A stretch of DNA of 64,000 bases from the human T2T-CHM13v2.0 reference genome, Homo sapiens, in assembly GCF_009914755.1 (NCBI RefSeq), contig NC_060925.1. The stretch is one strand, 5' to 3'. The position numbers were made by a program, and so were the translations under genes. This document shows positions 20,960 through 37,101 of this stretch, piece by piece; the stretch's first letter is position 1; every line of letters begins with the position of its first letter. The notes beneath the pieces are model-generated. The model did not search any database. It was not told where the DNA came from and saw nothing but the letters and a program-made list of their open reading frames with translations.

Positions 20960-21800
20960 TAAGAGGGCTAAACTCATTAGGGTAACCTTTTACAAAAATA
21001 ACAGAAAATAACCAGTGTTGGTGAGGCTGGGGAGGAACTGGAACTGTGTGCACTGTGGGCAGGAAGGTAAAAGGGTGAGGCCGCTGTGGAGAACAGCATG
21101 GCGGTTCCTCAAAAATTAAAAACAGAATCACCATCCGATGCAGCAGTCTCACCTCTGGGGCTGTGGCCCACAGGGCCTTGAAGAGTTCTCTGTGCAGCCG
21201 TATTCACAGCAGCATCACCCACAGGACCCAGGAGGGGAAGCCTCCCCAGAGTCCACCCACAGATGGGCAGAGAAGCGTGTCTGTCCACACGGGGTGGTGG
21301 TGGTGGGGGGTGCGGGCCCGGCTCAGCCTTAGCAAGGAAGGAGGAGCTGGCACAGGCTCCAGCATGGAGGCTTCTGGGGACACCGCGCCGGGTGAAACAA
21401 GCCTGGCACGAAAGGACACCACTCACAGGAGGCCCTGAGATCAGCAGAGTCTACAAACACACAGTGGAACAGTGGCTGCCAGGGGTTGGAGCGTGGGGAG
21501 TTCGTGCTGGATGGGGACAGAGGTTCGGGTGGGAAGCTGACAAAGTTCTGGAGGTGGATGTGGTTGTGGCTACACGAAATGTGCCCGTGCCTCCTGCCAC
21601 GCCACTGCACGCTTAAAAGTGGTCACGGCCCAGCGCAGCGGCTCACGCCTGAAATCCCAGCCCTTTGGGGGCCAAGGCAGAAGCACTTGGGGCCCAGGAA
21701 TTGGAGATTAGCCTGGGCAACACAGTGAGACCTCGCCTCTTCAAAACAAAAAGTAGTTAAGATGCTAAGTTTTACGTTACATGGATTTTACCATGACAAA
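20960..21800 (+). mobile_element. Old L1M 3'-end fragment with an Alu monomer at ~21627-21750
   Basis: AACCAGTGTTGGTGAGG..., GCGGTTCCTCAAAAATTAAAAACAGAATCACCAT, ...CACTGCACGCTTAAAAGTGGT. Confidence 0.75.
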
Positions 21801-21809
21801 ATGGTTAGT

Positions 21810-22122
21810 GTTTTGGTTTTTTATTTTTTTGAGACAGGGTCTTGCTCTGTCACCCAGGCTGGAGTGCAGTGGGCGTGATCTCAGCTCACTACAACCTCTG
21901 CCTCCCAGGTTCAAGCGATCCTCCCTCCTCAGCCTCCTGAGGAGCTGGGGCCACAGGTGTGTACCACCATGCTTAGCTAATTTTGTATTGTTTAAAACTT
22001 CTTTTGTAGAGACAGGGTCTCCCTGTGTTGCCCAGGCTGGTCTTGAACTCCTGGGCTCAAGCAGTCCTCCCACCTCGGCCTCCCAAAGTGCTGAGAGTAC
22101 AGGTGTGAGCCACTGTGCCTGG
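21810..22122 (-). mobile_element. Alu SINE (AluJ-like)
   Basis: Reverse Alu consensus. Confidence 0.93.
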
Positions 22123-25100
22123 TCGACAAAATGTTTTTTAAAGCGGGCTAAATATTTGACTAATGACACCACAAGCAACGGCTGTCCCCTCACTCTGGAC
22201 AGCTCTCGGGATGTGCGGCCTGACCCCCGTCTCTGGCGGCTGCTGCCTCTCCGGGTCGATGCCGTTTTCTCTCCAGGTTGAAGGTGGAGGAGAGGCACTG
22301 TGACCGGAGGGCCCAGCGCTAAGATGCAGAGCAGAGAACTGAGCAGCTGAGCCAAGAGAGCCTCGCTTCTCCTCATTATCCAGAGTCCAAGGGACAGACC
22401 TGGTAATGTCTTCTTGCACAAACAGCCATGTGAAAACCTCCTGCCTCTGAAGCGTGGTCTGGCAGCCACGGCTGTGCTGCGTGGGAGGCGGCCCCGGCCC
22501 AGTCCTGACCTGAGGGGATGGGAGCCCAGCCTGTCCTTTTGGCCTCGGGCGCCCTTCTCAGCGTCTACATCGGTCTGGGCAGGAGGAATGCCTGGAGAAG
22601 GCGCTGGAGGAGCAGGCAGCTCACTGGCCATGGTCTGCCCGTGCCTGCAGGTGTCAGCAGCGTGGACGAGGCCAGGGGACTGCTGCCACCAGTGACACTG
22701 CCCAGAGCACCCCGTGGGGCAGCAAGCACCAGCACACAGCAGTGTCCCCAGGGAGCTCAAGCCACGGGCCTGCCTGGGGAGGGTGTGCGGGCCTCGGTTG
22801 GCAGGCGGTCCCAGGGCCTGCCCAGGTCTCCCAGTCCTCTGGGCCTGGACGGCAGAGGAGTGGGGAGGTCATGTTATAACCCCAGGGAATGTAGGTCACG
22901 CGAAGGGTTTGGCACCAAGACTCTCGCAGAAATCCTCTGCAAAACCCTCTGCAGAATTCAAGGTTTTACCACCAAGGGGAGAAACCATCCCAAGCAGAAA
23001 GGCCTGGGGGGCCGCTTGGGGGCCCGGCTCTCAGGAGTACCCAGCCAGCCCTTGGGCCCAGTGGCCATCCCAGGCCATCCTCCCCCGTCCAAACTCATGG
23101 CTTGGGAATAAGCTCTGGGCTCCCGGGGAGGAGCTGCCTCCCTCCAGCAAGGCCCGGGCCAGTGTGGTGCCGGGACAGGGCTGGGCTGCCCCCTGGTGGA
23201 TGCGCTGAGCACCCTGGTGCTGTCAGCCCAGGAGGGAGGGCGCCGTCCCTTGCCTGGTCCTCTCTCTTGGCCCAGGGCGCTGGTGACCAGCAAGCAGTGT
23301 GGACCCGAGTTGGCGCCTGGGTAGTAGCCAGGGGACCTGTGGGACAGAACAGCCTCTGGGGACAGGGCTAGGCTGGGAGTGGGGGTGGGGAGGACAAAGC
23401 TGTCCATGGTCCTCTGGAAGAACAGGAGCTGCTTCTCGCCCGGCCCAGGCCGGAGGGGATGGCCCTGTCTGGCAGCAGGCGGCACCTCTGTGTCCCTGGG
23501 CCATGAGACAGGCCCTGACCAGGTCCTCCTGAATCTCAGGGAACATGAGGATTGGGTGAGTGGCTGGGGGCCCCCAGGGCTGTGTTGCCCTGGTGAGGGA
23601 GCCTGCCATCCTAGCACCTCAGCTTCCTCACCTATGCCCTGCTCGGACTGGTGGGGATCATGAGCCAATGCACCGAAAGGCTGACAGCAGCGCCTGGCAC
23701 CCAGGAAGTGAAACCACACACCCGAGCCCAAGCTCCAGAGCTGTGCACCAGCGCCGGCCCCAGCTTTGCCCTAGCCCTGCAAGGCGAGGGAATCGTCATG
23801 GTGGCAGTGGGGTGGGGGCCCGGGTGTGCTCGGGTGGGAAGGGGCGGGCAGAAGAGAATTCTGCCCAGGGACTCCCTTAGGCGCACTCTCCCACTGCCAC
23901 TCTGGACAGTGAAGACAAGGGAGCAGTGGCTGCCCCAGCACGTGGTGAAGTCTGGTCCTGTAGGATGGACACAAGTCCCCAGGGGAGAAGAGGCTACAGC
24001 ATCTCCTGCATATGGCTCAGGTGAGAACCCGCAGCACCAGCCCAGGCCAGCAGGGGCAGCAACGACGCTGACATGGGCTCCCGTGGTCCAGCAAGGACAC
24101 TGCCAATGGTCAACTGCCCTGAGCAGGGCTGGCAGACCCCGGAGTGGGCATGGGTGGCACTTTTACCCAAGCAGGATGCTGTTTCAAGAGCAGGGAGGGT
24201 GGACATGCATGCGGAGGGGAGCCACACTGCACCTCCCGCCTGACCACCCCTCCAGGGGCCCCACATCTGACCACCTCTGAGGCCCTGCTGCGGGCAGCTG
24301 TGCCAGCCAGGATGAGTCTCCCATCCCCACCCCCAACTCCTCCATCCCCATGTGGCCCCATGCCAACTGCCAACCCATCACCTCTCAGTTCCCAGCACCC
24401 CCCTTCCTTGCCCACTTTTGCCTGACGGGAACTGGACCCTGTCAACGTTTCTCCTTTGCCAACAAGTGCAATGCCAGGCTTTGTCAACAGAGAACAAGGC
24501 GGGACTGTGGGAGGTAGTGTTTCTACTTTAACTCCTATGGCCAGGGCCAGTGGCCTGTGGAACACCCCAGAGTCTGGTCTCTGGCAAGCGTCTCCTGCAC
24601 CTCAGGGGGAGTTTCCTGAGAAGTAGCTTTGGCCCCTGGCACCCTAGAAAACCTCTCTACCACCTGGGCTGGCAGCCACACCCTCTCTGTGGAGGTCTGA
24701 GTCTCAGGAGGGTGCTGGGTTCCTCCTAGTTCCAGGGACCATTCTCTCCAACCACTGCTCCAACTTTCATAGGAGAATCTTGGCAAGGAAGGGAATTCAA
24801 CTGACATTGTAATTCTGCGACCCACACAATTAAATGTTGCGTTTCTCATCAAAGCAGCCCCGAGGCTCTAAGGAACGAGGGACTCCTCTCCACGGCCACA
24901 GCAGTCCTGATTCTCAGGCTGTGACCTGCGCTGCGTTTAGAGACCTGCACGCGTGGTTCCTATCTGTTAGTGCTGCTGGACGCTCAGGGGGCCCCTCACA
25001 GCCCTTGCAGTCATGGTCATCTTCGTGGCTGCGACAGCCTCACACAGCAGCACCTGGGTTTCTGAGGCTCTCAATTCCGCTAGTGCCTCACGCCCAGCAT

Positions 25101-25308
25101 GGGGGATGGCTTGGTTAACCGTGAAGCACCCCCACACTGTGGACCAGCAGCCTCCCCTTCCCACCAGCCAGGAGCTCAGGCCTGCAGCCCAGCCCAAGCA
25201 GCAACCACACCACTCCCAGACTCCACCGCAGAGGGTCTGTCTCCGGGCCCCCTCCTGACACTGAGACGTTGCTCTTCCTTCTCCTGCCCTTTTTGGTAGC
25301 TAGCTGCC

Positions 25309-25450
25309 TCGTCCTTGTTGGTGACTCTTTCATTACGTTTTTCCCATTGGAGTGATGGGTGTGGTTTCTGTCTCCTGAGTCGTCCTTGTTAGTGATTTTT
25401 TCATTACATTTTTCCCCATTGGAGTGATCGGTGTTGCTTCTGCCTCCTGA
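25309..25450. repeat. ~71-bp tandem duplication, 2 copies
   Basis: TCGTCCTTGTT..CCCATTGGAGTGAT..CTCCTGA repeated at 25309 and 25380. Confidence 0.85.
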
Positions 25451-25469
25451 CTGTGTCCTGAACCAGGCC

Positions 25470-25600
25470 CCACTGTCCATCCAATGCTCAGACCGAAAGC
25501 TCAGGCACCAACCTTGACTCTTCTCTTGCCTTTGCCCGCACATCCAACCTGTCAACAAGTCTGGTGTCCTCTCCTCCAAACATCCTGAAATTTGCTCTCT
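25470..25600 (+). mobile_element. L2 LINE fragment
   Basis: CCATCCAATGCTCAGACC..CCTTGACTCTTCTCT..CACATCCAACCTGTCAACAAGTC resembles L2. Confidence 0.5.
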
Positions 25601-25662
25601 GCACTCACGGGGCCGCTGCCCCATTCGCCCGAGAACAATCCTAGTCCCTGCCTTGTAGGGCC

Positions 25663-26116
25663 TGTCACAGACCAGAATGTACCACCCCCAAATCTGCCTC
25701 TTTGGCATCAGCACTATTTTGAGCAGATTATTTTGAGAAACTGCAGACACAGGAGAAGCTCCCTTTTGTAAGAAAAAATTTGCATCCGTAAAGGAAGTTC
25801 CACGGTAAGGGCATCTCCTCTCCGTACCAGGAAGAGAAAGGCCCCAGATCGCCGAGGCGCAGAGGCTCCCATCGGTGGAGAAGGCCCCGCCTCAGCTGCG
25901 CCACCAGTCTTATCCCCGTGACTGGCCCCCAGCACCCTTCTTCCTTTGGTTTGGCTGAAGATGGGATTTAAGTCAAAAGTGAGAGCCGCCTGTGAGCTTC
26001 CCTGCCTCTCCGCGTACCTCCTGAGTATACACAAGGCACACATATGAATACACTCCTGTTTTTCTCTTTTCCCAACAGGGAACTGTGAGGGGAGAGAGAA
26101 ACTTATCTTCCCACAC
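25663..26116 (+). mobile_element. ERV1 solo LTR, MER34-like
   Basis: TG start, GACCAGAATGTACCACCCCAAA..CTCTTTGGCAT..ATTATTTTGAGAAACTGCAGACACAGGAGAAGCT; family from memory. Confidence 0.7.
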
Positions 26117-26123
26117 GGGATCA

Positions 26124-26393
<270 letters not shown>

Positions 26394-27074
26394 TCAGACC
26401 GGCTCCTCCCACCGGGCTCCGCAGGCACTGCGGGACCGAGGCAAAAATAGGCCCGAGCAGATGGCCCCAAGAGCTCCTGCCTCGCCAGGGCCAGCTGGGG
26501 GCCGACGACAGGCGGTGGGGACACGTCCGCCCACCCCCACCCTAGATGGTAGGCCTGCTCGGGACGCACTCAGCTTCCGCTACTCAAAATGGGAAATGAC
26601 CCAGGAGAGGCAACGGGAGGGGGCTGCAGTCTCCACAGCCAGTGAGGCTGAGACTCCGCCGTGGGAATTTCCACACGGGCTGAAGATGCCTAGCACTTGG
26701 GAGGCGGAGGCGGGAGGCTCTGCTGGCCGGAGAGCACCCCCATCCTCATTTAGACCTGGAGACGCTCCTGTGGTGCCACTTTGCCGCCAGCCTGACGTTC
26801 TCAGGAGGTATTTTAATCGGGGGGGGGGGGGATGTTTTATCTAAACACACAATTGGTCAATTTCAATAAACAAGGGGAAAATTACAGAATAACACCGAAA
26901 CCACAGAATGTGGTTCAACAACTTGGCACTGGGGGGGTGGCGGGTAGACAGCAGGGGCCGGAACAGGCCCGGGGTGTCCCATGGCAGTCCTGTCTACACC
27001 CCCAGGCCACATGGCCTCACACCTGCCCTGTGTATCTGTCATGCGCCAGGCAGTACCCACAAGACTCATACTCA

Positions 27075-27272
<198 letters not shown>

Positions 27273-27686
27273 CTAGGAGGCATGGGGCTCAGGGCCCCCC
27301 AGGAACATGACAGACCCTCCAGACCTGGCTACACAGAGGCCTCAGCACGGCTCGGTGAGGCTCTGAACGGGAAGGGCAGATGTGCTTTGGGACAGGTCGG
27401 TGAGCTGACAGGGCAGCAAAAATGGCCCTGGGGTCCAGTTCTGAAAGGTGCGGTTGAGGGGCCCTGCGGACTGCCATCTGAGGCTGCACAGGCTCTGCGT
27501 GCTGCTGGGGTGAGGATGGGTGCAGTTTGGGCCTGTCGTTTGTTTTCACAAGAAACTTCAAGTTCACAGTGAGGAGGGCAGGGCTTGACCTGAACGAGGA
27601 GAAACTCAAAAGAGGATGGGGGTTCGTAAACTGCGGCATTTTCAGATTTTGGACAACTCAGAAATTTGAGAGTATTTCTGCTTCTT

Positions 27687-28838
<1,152 letters not shown>

Positions 28839-29499
28839 TCAGGGCTGCGGCCCCAGTCGGCTCTCCTCTGTCCCTGGCCCATGACACGCAGGAACCATTC
28901 CAGAATGGACGTCCCTGCCTCCATCATACTACTCAGTCTGCTTCATGAGGGAAAACATGGTAAGCAGGTCTGGTCTCCCCAACAGCTGGGCATGCAGACA
29001 GCCCCAGGCAGACACTCTCTTTGGGCATCTATCCCGAGGGCAAAGGACCCTCTGGTCGGTTTGCAGGGTGAAGGGTGAGGTTTTTCCCTGGCTCTTTAAA
29101 AACTGAAAGCCAAGCCTGAGAGAAAACACCTCCACTGAGAACCCACCGACCCCTCTGGCGTGAGGGTCTGAGGTTCCTGGACACACAGCTCCCGGCAACG
29201 AATCCCCAGAGCTGGTTTCCCATCTAGGGATACAATGTGGCTGAAATAGCTTTAAATAAAAAAGAAATAGTGTAACTTGGGACAGATAAATCTTTATTCT
29301 AGAAAAGTGTCTCCGGAAGCCTGAGTTGCTCTCAGCGGTGACCACAGAGCCTCAGTCAGGTCCCCAGGGCTTCTCGGTAGGCCAGGCCTCTCACGGCACA
29401 AAGCTTCCCGTCTACACGTCACGCCTTCTGCATCTAGACTCGGCGGACCAACTGAGCCCGATGGGTTATGAGAAAGGAGTGAATGTGCCATCCCAGCTA

Positions 29500-29622
<123 letters not shown>

Positions 29623-29847
29623 TCACGTGAACTCAGACAGTGGTTGGGTTGACTGCGAATGACACTGTGCAGTGTTGGGCCTGTTTCTCAGAACCAAGAG
29701 CTTGGCTTCAAAACTTGTGTTTGGCTCCATCACTCATGCTATACATGTATTTAAAAATAAAAAAATGTTCTCAAAAATATCTGCCGAAACACGCTTGAGC
29801 GGCCGGCGCCTTCAGCCAGAACAAGCACAGGAATCGAAGTGCAGGCA

Positions 29848-30069
29848 GCCAGCCTGAGCAACACGGAGAGACCCCGTCTCTACACAAAATTTTAAAAATT
29901 AGCCAGGTGTGGTGGTACGTGTTTGTGGGTCCAGCTGCTCAGGAGGCTGAGGTGGGAGGATCCCTTGAGTCAGGAGGTTGAGGCTGCAGAGAGCCATGAT
30001 TGCATCACTGCACTCCAGCCTGGGCGACAGAGCAAGACTGTCTCAAAAAAAAAAAAAAAAAAAAAAAAA
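29848..30069 (+). mobile_element. 5'-truncated Alu (AluJ-like)
   Basis: Alu linker and right arm with long A-tail. Confidence 0.9.
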
Positions 30070-30098
30070 GAGAGAGAGAGAAGAAAACTAGGCAGAGT

Positions 30099-30870
<772 letters not shown>

Positions 30871-30951
30871 TTACTACAAGAGTAGGTTCTCTTTATAATA
30901 GGAAATAAACCATAAAGCCAGTTTTCAGTCTGGAAAAGACAAATGAACTCA

Positions 30952-31413
<462 letters not shown>

Positions 31414-32019
31414 TCATGAGCTCTCCTGTCGACTGTTGGGCCATTCATTTGCTCATTTGTTTATGTGACAAGGATGAGGACCTACTTGGTGCAGAGAAGA
31501 CAGGCCCAGTAAGAGGAGGGCTGGCTTGAAACAACTGCAGGTCCTTGAGAGACCAGAGGTGCTCGGGAGGTGGTGAGGAGCAGGTTGGGAGCCTTGTTGC
31601 AGGAGATGAGTGAGCCAGGGGAAGGCAGAGCGGCAGTGTCAGTGAGGCACACAGGGGAGGAGCAGACTCTCCCATCCCCTGCCGTGGCCCTTCAGTGGCC
31701 TCCTATCGCTGGGGAGAAAATCCACACTCATACCCAAGGATGGCCTGGCCGGCTTCATCTCCTCCTAGTTGCTGGGTGTGCCACCCGCCAACTCCTGCAG
31801 TTCCAGGAATGGGCAGGGCTCCCTCCCTACCAGCTCCTCAGGCACATTTTGTGGGCAGGGTTTATGGGAAAATGTCGGGGAGGAGGGCAGGGGGTTACTA
31901 CAGGCTACTGTATCTGTCCCAAATCAGGGTCAGGTTCTACCTGAAGATAGTAGTGTTAGCTCTGAGTTCATTCCAGACCCGTTTATTTGATTCTAGAAAC
32001 AGTTCCTATCAAAACCTGC

Positions 32020-32292
32020 TCTTTTTTTTTTTTTTGAGACTGAGTCTTGCTCTGTCGCCCAGGCTGGGGTGCAGCGGCGCGATCTCGGCTCTCTGCAACC
32101 TCCGCTTCCTGGGTTCAAGCGATTCTCCTGCCTCAGCCTCCCGAGTAGCTGGAACTACAGGAGGCACCACCCCGGGCCAATTTTTGTATTTTTTAGTAGA
32201 GACCGGGTTTCGCCATGTTGGCCACACTGGTCTCGAACTCCTGACCTCAGGTGATCCACCCGCCTCGGCCTCCCAAAGTGCTGGAAGTACAG
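32020..32292 (-). mobile_element. Alu SINE
   Basis: Reverse Alu consensus. Confidence 0.93.
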
Positions 32293-32625
32293 GCAAAAAC
32301 TGCTTTTGAAACGCGTCCTAGCGTTTCTGGACAGCACCGGCCAGGAAGTCAGGAGGCTTGGTGCTGCTCCTGCGCCTGCCCTCGCCCCAAGTCCTGGGCT
32401 TCGGGATCCCCATGGCAACCCCAGGTCCCGCTGGCTGTGAGGCTGCGGCCGGAACCCGGTCTTCCCGGCTAGGAGCCCGCGGGGGGCGACCCCCTGCAGG
32501 GCTTGGCCTGCTGCGGGAGGAGGGCTCGGGGAAGGGTGCGAGCCGAGCCCGAGGCGCACGGCGAGTCCTGTGGGAGTGGGGGACGCGGGGGCGGCCCTGG
32601 CTCCGCCGCGGCACCTGGACCTCTA

Positions 32626-32883
<258 letters not shown>

Positions 32884-33099
32884 CTAGTCCCTGAGCCCGC
32901 GCAATCTCTGGAGCGAAGCTAGCCGGGCCCGGAGCCAGAGGACGCAGCTGCGCCTGTGCGCGTTTCCGCCGCTGTCGTCTCTTCCGCCGGGAGGCCCGCC
33001 CGCCAACGGCCTGCGCGTCTGCGCCGGAAGCGGAAATGGTTGGAGCCCTTGGCCCCGCCCTCGCGCCATCTTGGGGGCCCTGGAGGCGGCGCCGCGGAG

Positions 33100-33227
33100 G
33101 ACGGAGCGGAAGTGCTCGCTGCAGCTTCCCGGAGCCGGAGCGCAGCGCCTGCGGCCGCCCGTGCCCCGCCGTCCTCCTTCCCGCGGCCGTGAGGGAGACC
33201 GCGGCTCGGCCGTAGCGGAGCTGCGAG
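33100..33227 (+). other. RER1: RER1 non-coding exon 1 (5' end approximate)
   Basis: In the CpG island; donor GAG|gtgcca after 33227; TSS not determinable from sequence. Confidence 0.7.
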
Positions 33228-34284
33228 GTGCCAGGAAGGGCTGCGTGGCGCGGGAACGGCCGGGCAGCGCCGCCTCCGCTTCTTCCGGGCTGTCAAGGCC
33301 GCGGGCGGGCGGGGCCGCGCTGAGGGCCGGGCGGGGAGGGCCGTCGGGGCCCGGGTGGCCGCGGGGACCGTGTTCCCGACCCGCGGCCCTGAGGGGTACG
33401 GGTCGCGCCTCGGGGTCGGGCCCGGGACGGGGTGCTGGGGGGTGCGGCGGAGCCCTGGGGCCTGCGAGGGTCGGGGGAGCGGGAGAGGGGCCGGGCGGGG
33501 GCTGCAGCCCTCGAGCCACCCGGGCCGCATCTCGTCCGCATCCCCTGCTTGGCATCTGGGGGAAGCGGGCAGTCGCGGCCCCCACAGCGCTGCGAGTTGG
33601 GCTGTATTCCAGAGTAATGTGCCCTGTCCCCATCCTGCGTCCAGGTCAGCGCTTATCTGTAGGATTTAGTGTTAAGCTCTGGGGTGAAGGCGTTACTGAC
33701 GGGCTGAAGGGAAACTAGTTACATCGGTTTTGATCGTATTCTAAATAGGCAATAAAATCATAAATTCTCCAGGCTGACTTAGTACTGGTCTGTGGCCCCA
33801 CTGATAAAGGTATCGTTCGTTTCTCTGCCAGGTGTCTCACAGCACAGAGGGCTGCTTTCAGCCTAAGTACCTTCAGTGGGCTTTTGCCCTTTTCCCTTTA
33901 TGAAGAGTAGAGACTGGCCGCTAGTCCTGGAAGCACTTTATTTTTAGTTGAGTTGACATTTCCCAGGAAGATGCAGTTATCCCCGTAAGTGGATAAAGGG
34001 TTCTCAGTAATTCAGACTCTCACATGGCTTCTGCCGTATGCCTGAGGTGACGGCGACGGCGGTAACAGTGTGTCAGAGCCAGGTGGAGATATAAGATGGT
34101 CAGGCCCAGAGGAGCGGGGAGCCCAGGCTGGAATGTGGCCTTGGGAAGGAGGAAGAGACGGGGTCTGGGAGGGCATTTCAGAGGACTGAACAACACCAGA
34201 GGCGTGAAGCTTGGTGCACGGCAGCCGGGGGCTTTCTTAGTCCCGGAGGAATTGGGGATGGGGACGTGAAGAGAAAGGTGGGAG

Positions 34285-34370
34285 CCAGACTGTCAATGCT
34301 CCCGGACGCCAGGCAGAGGACTTCATCCCAGGCTTCAGTGCTCCTGGACGCCAGGCAGAGGACTTCATCC
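34285..34370. repeat. 42-bp tandem duplication, 2 copies
   Basis: TGCTCCYGGACGCCAGGCAGAGGACTTCATCC at 34297 and 34339. Confidence 0.9.
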
Positions 34371-34899
34371 TTTCCACGTGCAGAGTGATGGACCACAGAT
34401 GTGGATGAATGTGACGGGCCTGGAACAAGGCACATAGAGAGTCTTACACTTTCTGGCACGTCCTCATGGTCTCTGCTTGGACTGGTTTTATCTCCCTTTC
34501 TGTTTTGTTTGTGACCAGGCATAAAGCAGTCACCTTCAACAGGTAATTGATGGGCTGTCTACTATGTAATGGACTTCCAGGTGGCAGGGCCCAGCCCCGA
34601 ACCAGACAAGGGACCCCTCAAGGAGCTTCATTCTAGCAGGAGAAAATTGAGAAGTAAACCAGAAAGGTATCAGGAAACAGTTGTACACAAAATAAAAATA
34701 GGGTGATGTGATGTAAGGGACTGGGGGTCAGTGTGGGCGGTAACGGAGGCCTGTGAAGAGGAGGTGGGCTTCAAACTGAGCAGAGAAGAGGACTGCAGAG
34801 GGGGCAGCTGGTGTGAGGGCTGGCCCTGATCCAGGAACAGGGCTGGCACTGCCTTGCCCGGCTCCAAGGGTGCTCCACGGGCTGCCCACTGATTCCTCA

Positions 34900-36080
34900 C
34901 GAGAGCCTTGTGGAGAAGGCATGAGAGGTGCTGTTGTCCCATTTCACAGACTGGAACCTGAGGCATCCTGGAATAGCCTGTCCTAGTCACACTGGCAGAG
35001 AGTGGTAGAGCCAGGATCTGAAAGCAGGCTGTTGGAGTCCAAAGTTCACGTTCTTGCTCCTGCCGCCCTGCCTCAGGCTATTCCTGGCAATGCGTTCAGT
35101 CAGGGTGCAAGCTGTGTTTGGTATACGTGTGTGTTTGGTATACGTGTTGTGTGTGTCAGACAAGCAGGATTGGCTGATGGCGTTTTGAGTAGGTTTTCTA
35201 CATGTTCAGTTGGAGAGTGAGAAGTTCTGAGCTTTGCCTAGAGAACACCCTTTGGCGGGAGAGCTGGGTATTTTCTCCCTGACATTACTCTCATCACCTC
35301 CAGTCCAGTAAAAGTGCTTTAATGGGAAACAGTCTGAGTAAAACGGGGAAACTTACAAGGAGCTATAGGACGAACAATGTGACGGGTGGCTTTCAGATGG
35401 CCTGGCTTTGGCCTAAATAGGGTGGCCATTCCAGGTGACACATTTTAGTGTAGCCTCTATTTAAATATGGAGTTCTTTCAGTGGAGAGTAAAGGTGCTCC
35501 TCCTCTGTGTCTGGTTTACACGGCTCCGCGAGACCAAAGGGCCCCTCGGTCTCCTTGAGCAGCCTGGCACTCTGCACAGAGGATCCAGGAACGGTGTCAT
35601 GGAGCCACATTCTGCACAGACTTGATGATGTGGAGGGAGCTGCCTGGATCACTTCAGCGCATCAGTTGTGATGGGAGAGCCAAGGCACTTGAGGGCGGGA
35701 TTGCGTCTGGCCACCTGTTGCCTTCCACCTGAAGGGAAGATTTCCCCAGTGCTCACAGTGAGGATGGGACTGGAAAAGCGTTGGTTTCAGGAAGGTGCAG
35801 GTTCTGGCTCCTGCCCACTGCGAACATGCTGATGGGCCAGGGCAACTCTTTAGTCTTTGTGAGCTTCAGTTTTCTTATCTATAAATGAGAACAATAAGAC
35901 TGACCCCAACTGTTGCTGAGGAATGATGTCTTTGCTTTCATGTCTGGTATTTCTTAGAGCCTCATTTTACAGATGAGGAAACTGAGGCTGGCTGCGTGCT
36001 CAGAGGGTTTGCTGAAGGCCTCACAGCCGCTTAGCACAGGTGGGACTTTAAGCCAAACTTGAGACCAGAGTCTGTTTCTC
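34900..36080. mobile_element. MIR fragments (~34930-35050, ~35810-35900, ~35960-36080)
   Basis: MIR cores CCCATTTCACAGA..CTGAGGC, CTTCAGTTTTCTTATCTATAAATG, TTTTACAGATGAGGAAACTGAGGCT. Confidence 0.65.
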
Positions 36081-37101
36081 CTCACTGCCCTGCCGAGGGA
36101 GCAGATGGGGGGTGGTGGGGGAGGTGAACGTCACCCCTGGCGTCTTCTCTAGCTCAGGGGCCAGGAGGCCTCTCATCTTTAAAGTAGGAATGACAACCGG
36201 CAGGCCCTGGGTACTGAGCTGTGCTTTACCGAAGAGCGGCAGGTCCTGACGCCGTCTCCTCTCAGGAGTGGGGTGGCGGCGTGCTCAGCTGAGGAGCCAG
36301 GTGGCAGTCAGGCTTGGCTTGGCCTGCCCAGAAGCAGGGCTGTGGCAGGACCTTGGACACGTGGCTTCCACTGTTTGAGACTTGGTGAAATGGGGGTCAT
36401 GATGCCCTTCACTTGAGCATCTGGGAATTAAGTGGGTGAACAATGTGACCTCTGGCACCTGGGTTCTCAGGTGAATTCCTCATGGCATCACAGCAGTGTT
36501 GAAATAGGAGCAGATACGTTACCTCCGCTTGCCAGATAAGAAACTGGGACGCAGATGGATGGACTACCTGAGAGTTGTAGATAACATTTTCCTGTTCATG
36601 GGGTGGAGGACCTGGCCCTGAGAGGACAGGATCCCTCCTGCTCCTGCCAGACCAGAGACCCAGGACAGGGCGTGGAGCAGACAGGGTGCCTGGGCGGGGG
36701 AACCCTGAGGGATCCACAGAGGGTGCGGTCCTTGGAGGGAGGACATGCAGTGCCACGTGCCATGGACCAGCCAGTGGACCCCATGGCCAGCAAGGCTGCT
36801 CCTGGGGCCAGTGGGGTGGACAGTCCCGCCCACGCAGGTGACTGAGGTGCCAGTGTGGGAATGAAAATGCGGCCTGTGCTCCTGGGCCCATGCGTCTCAC
36901 GCTGCCCTTCCTCTCCAGGGAAGCCTGTGTACCTGCTACTTTTTCCCGAACAATTCATGGTAAAAACACAAATGGTATATGGACAAAATACTGAATGTGG
37001 AAGAAACCTACTTGACAGTGTTGGTGAAAATAGGGCCAGGATTTCACACCCGTGAATGCTTTTTACTGAAAAGTATTTTGTGTTTTTCTCCCAGTTACAG
37101 A

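Noticed and set aside
21777-22760. 327-aa minus-strand ORF and other ORFs containing [13 protein letters not shown] / LSPRLECSG
   Set aside because: Translations of Alu sequence plus GC-rich flanks; no domain or splice support
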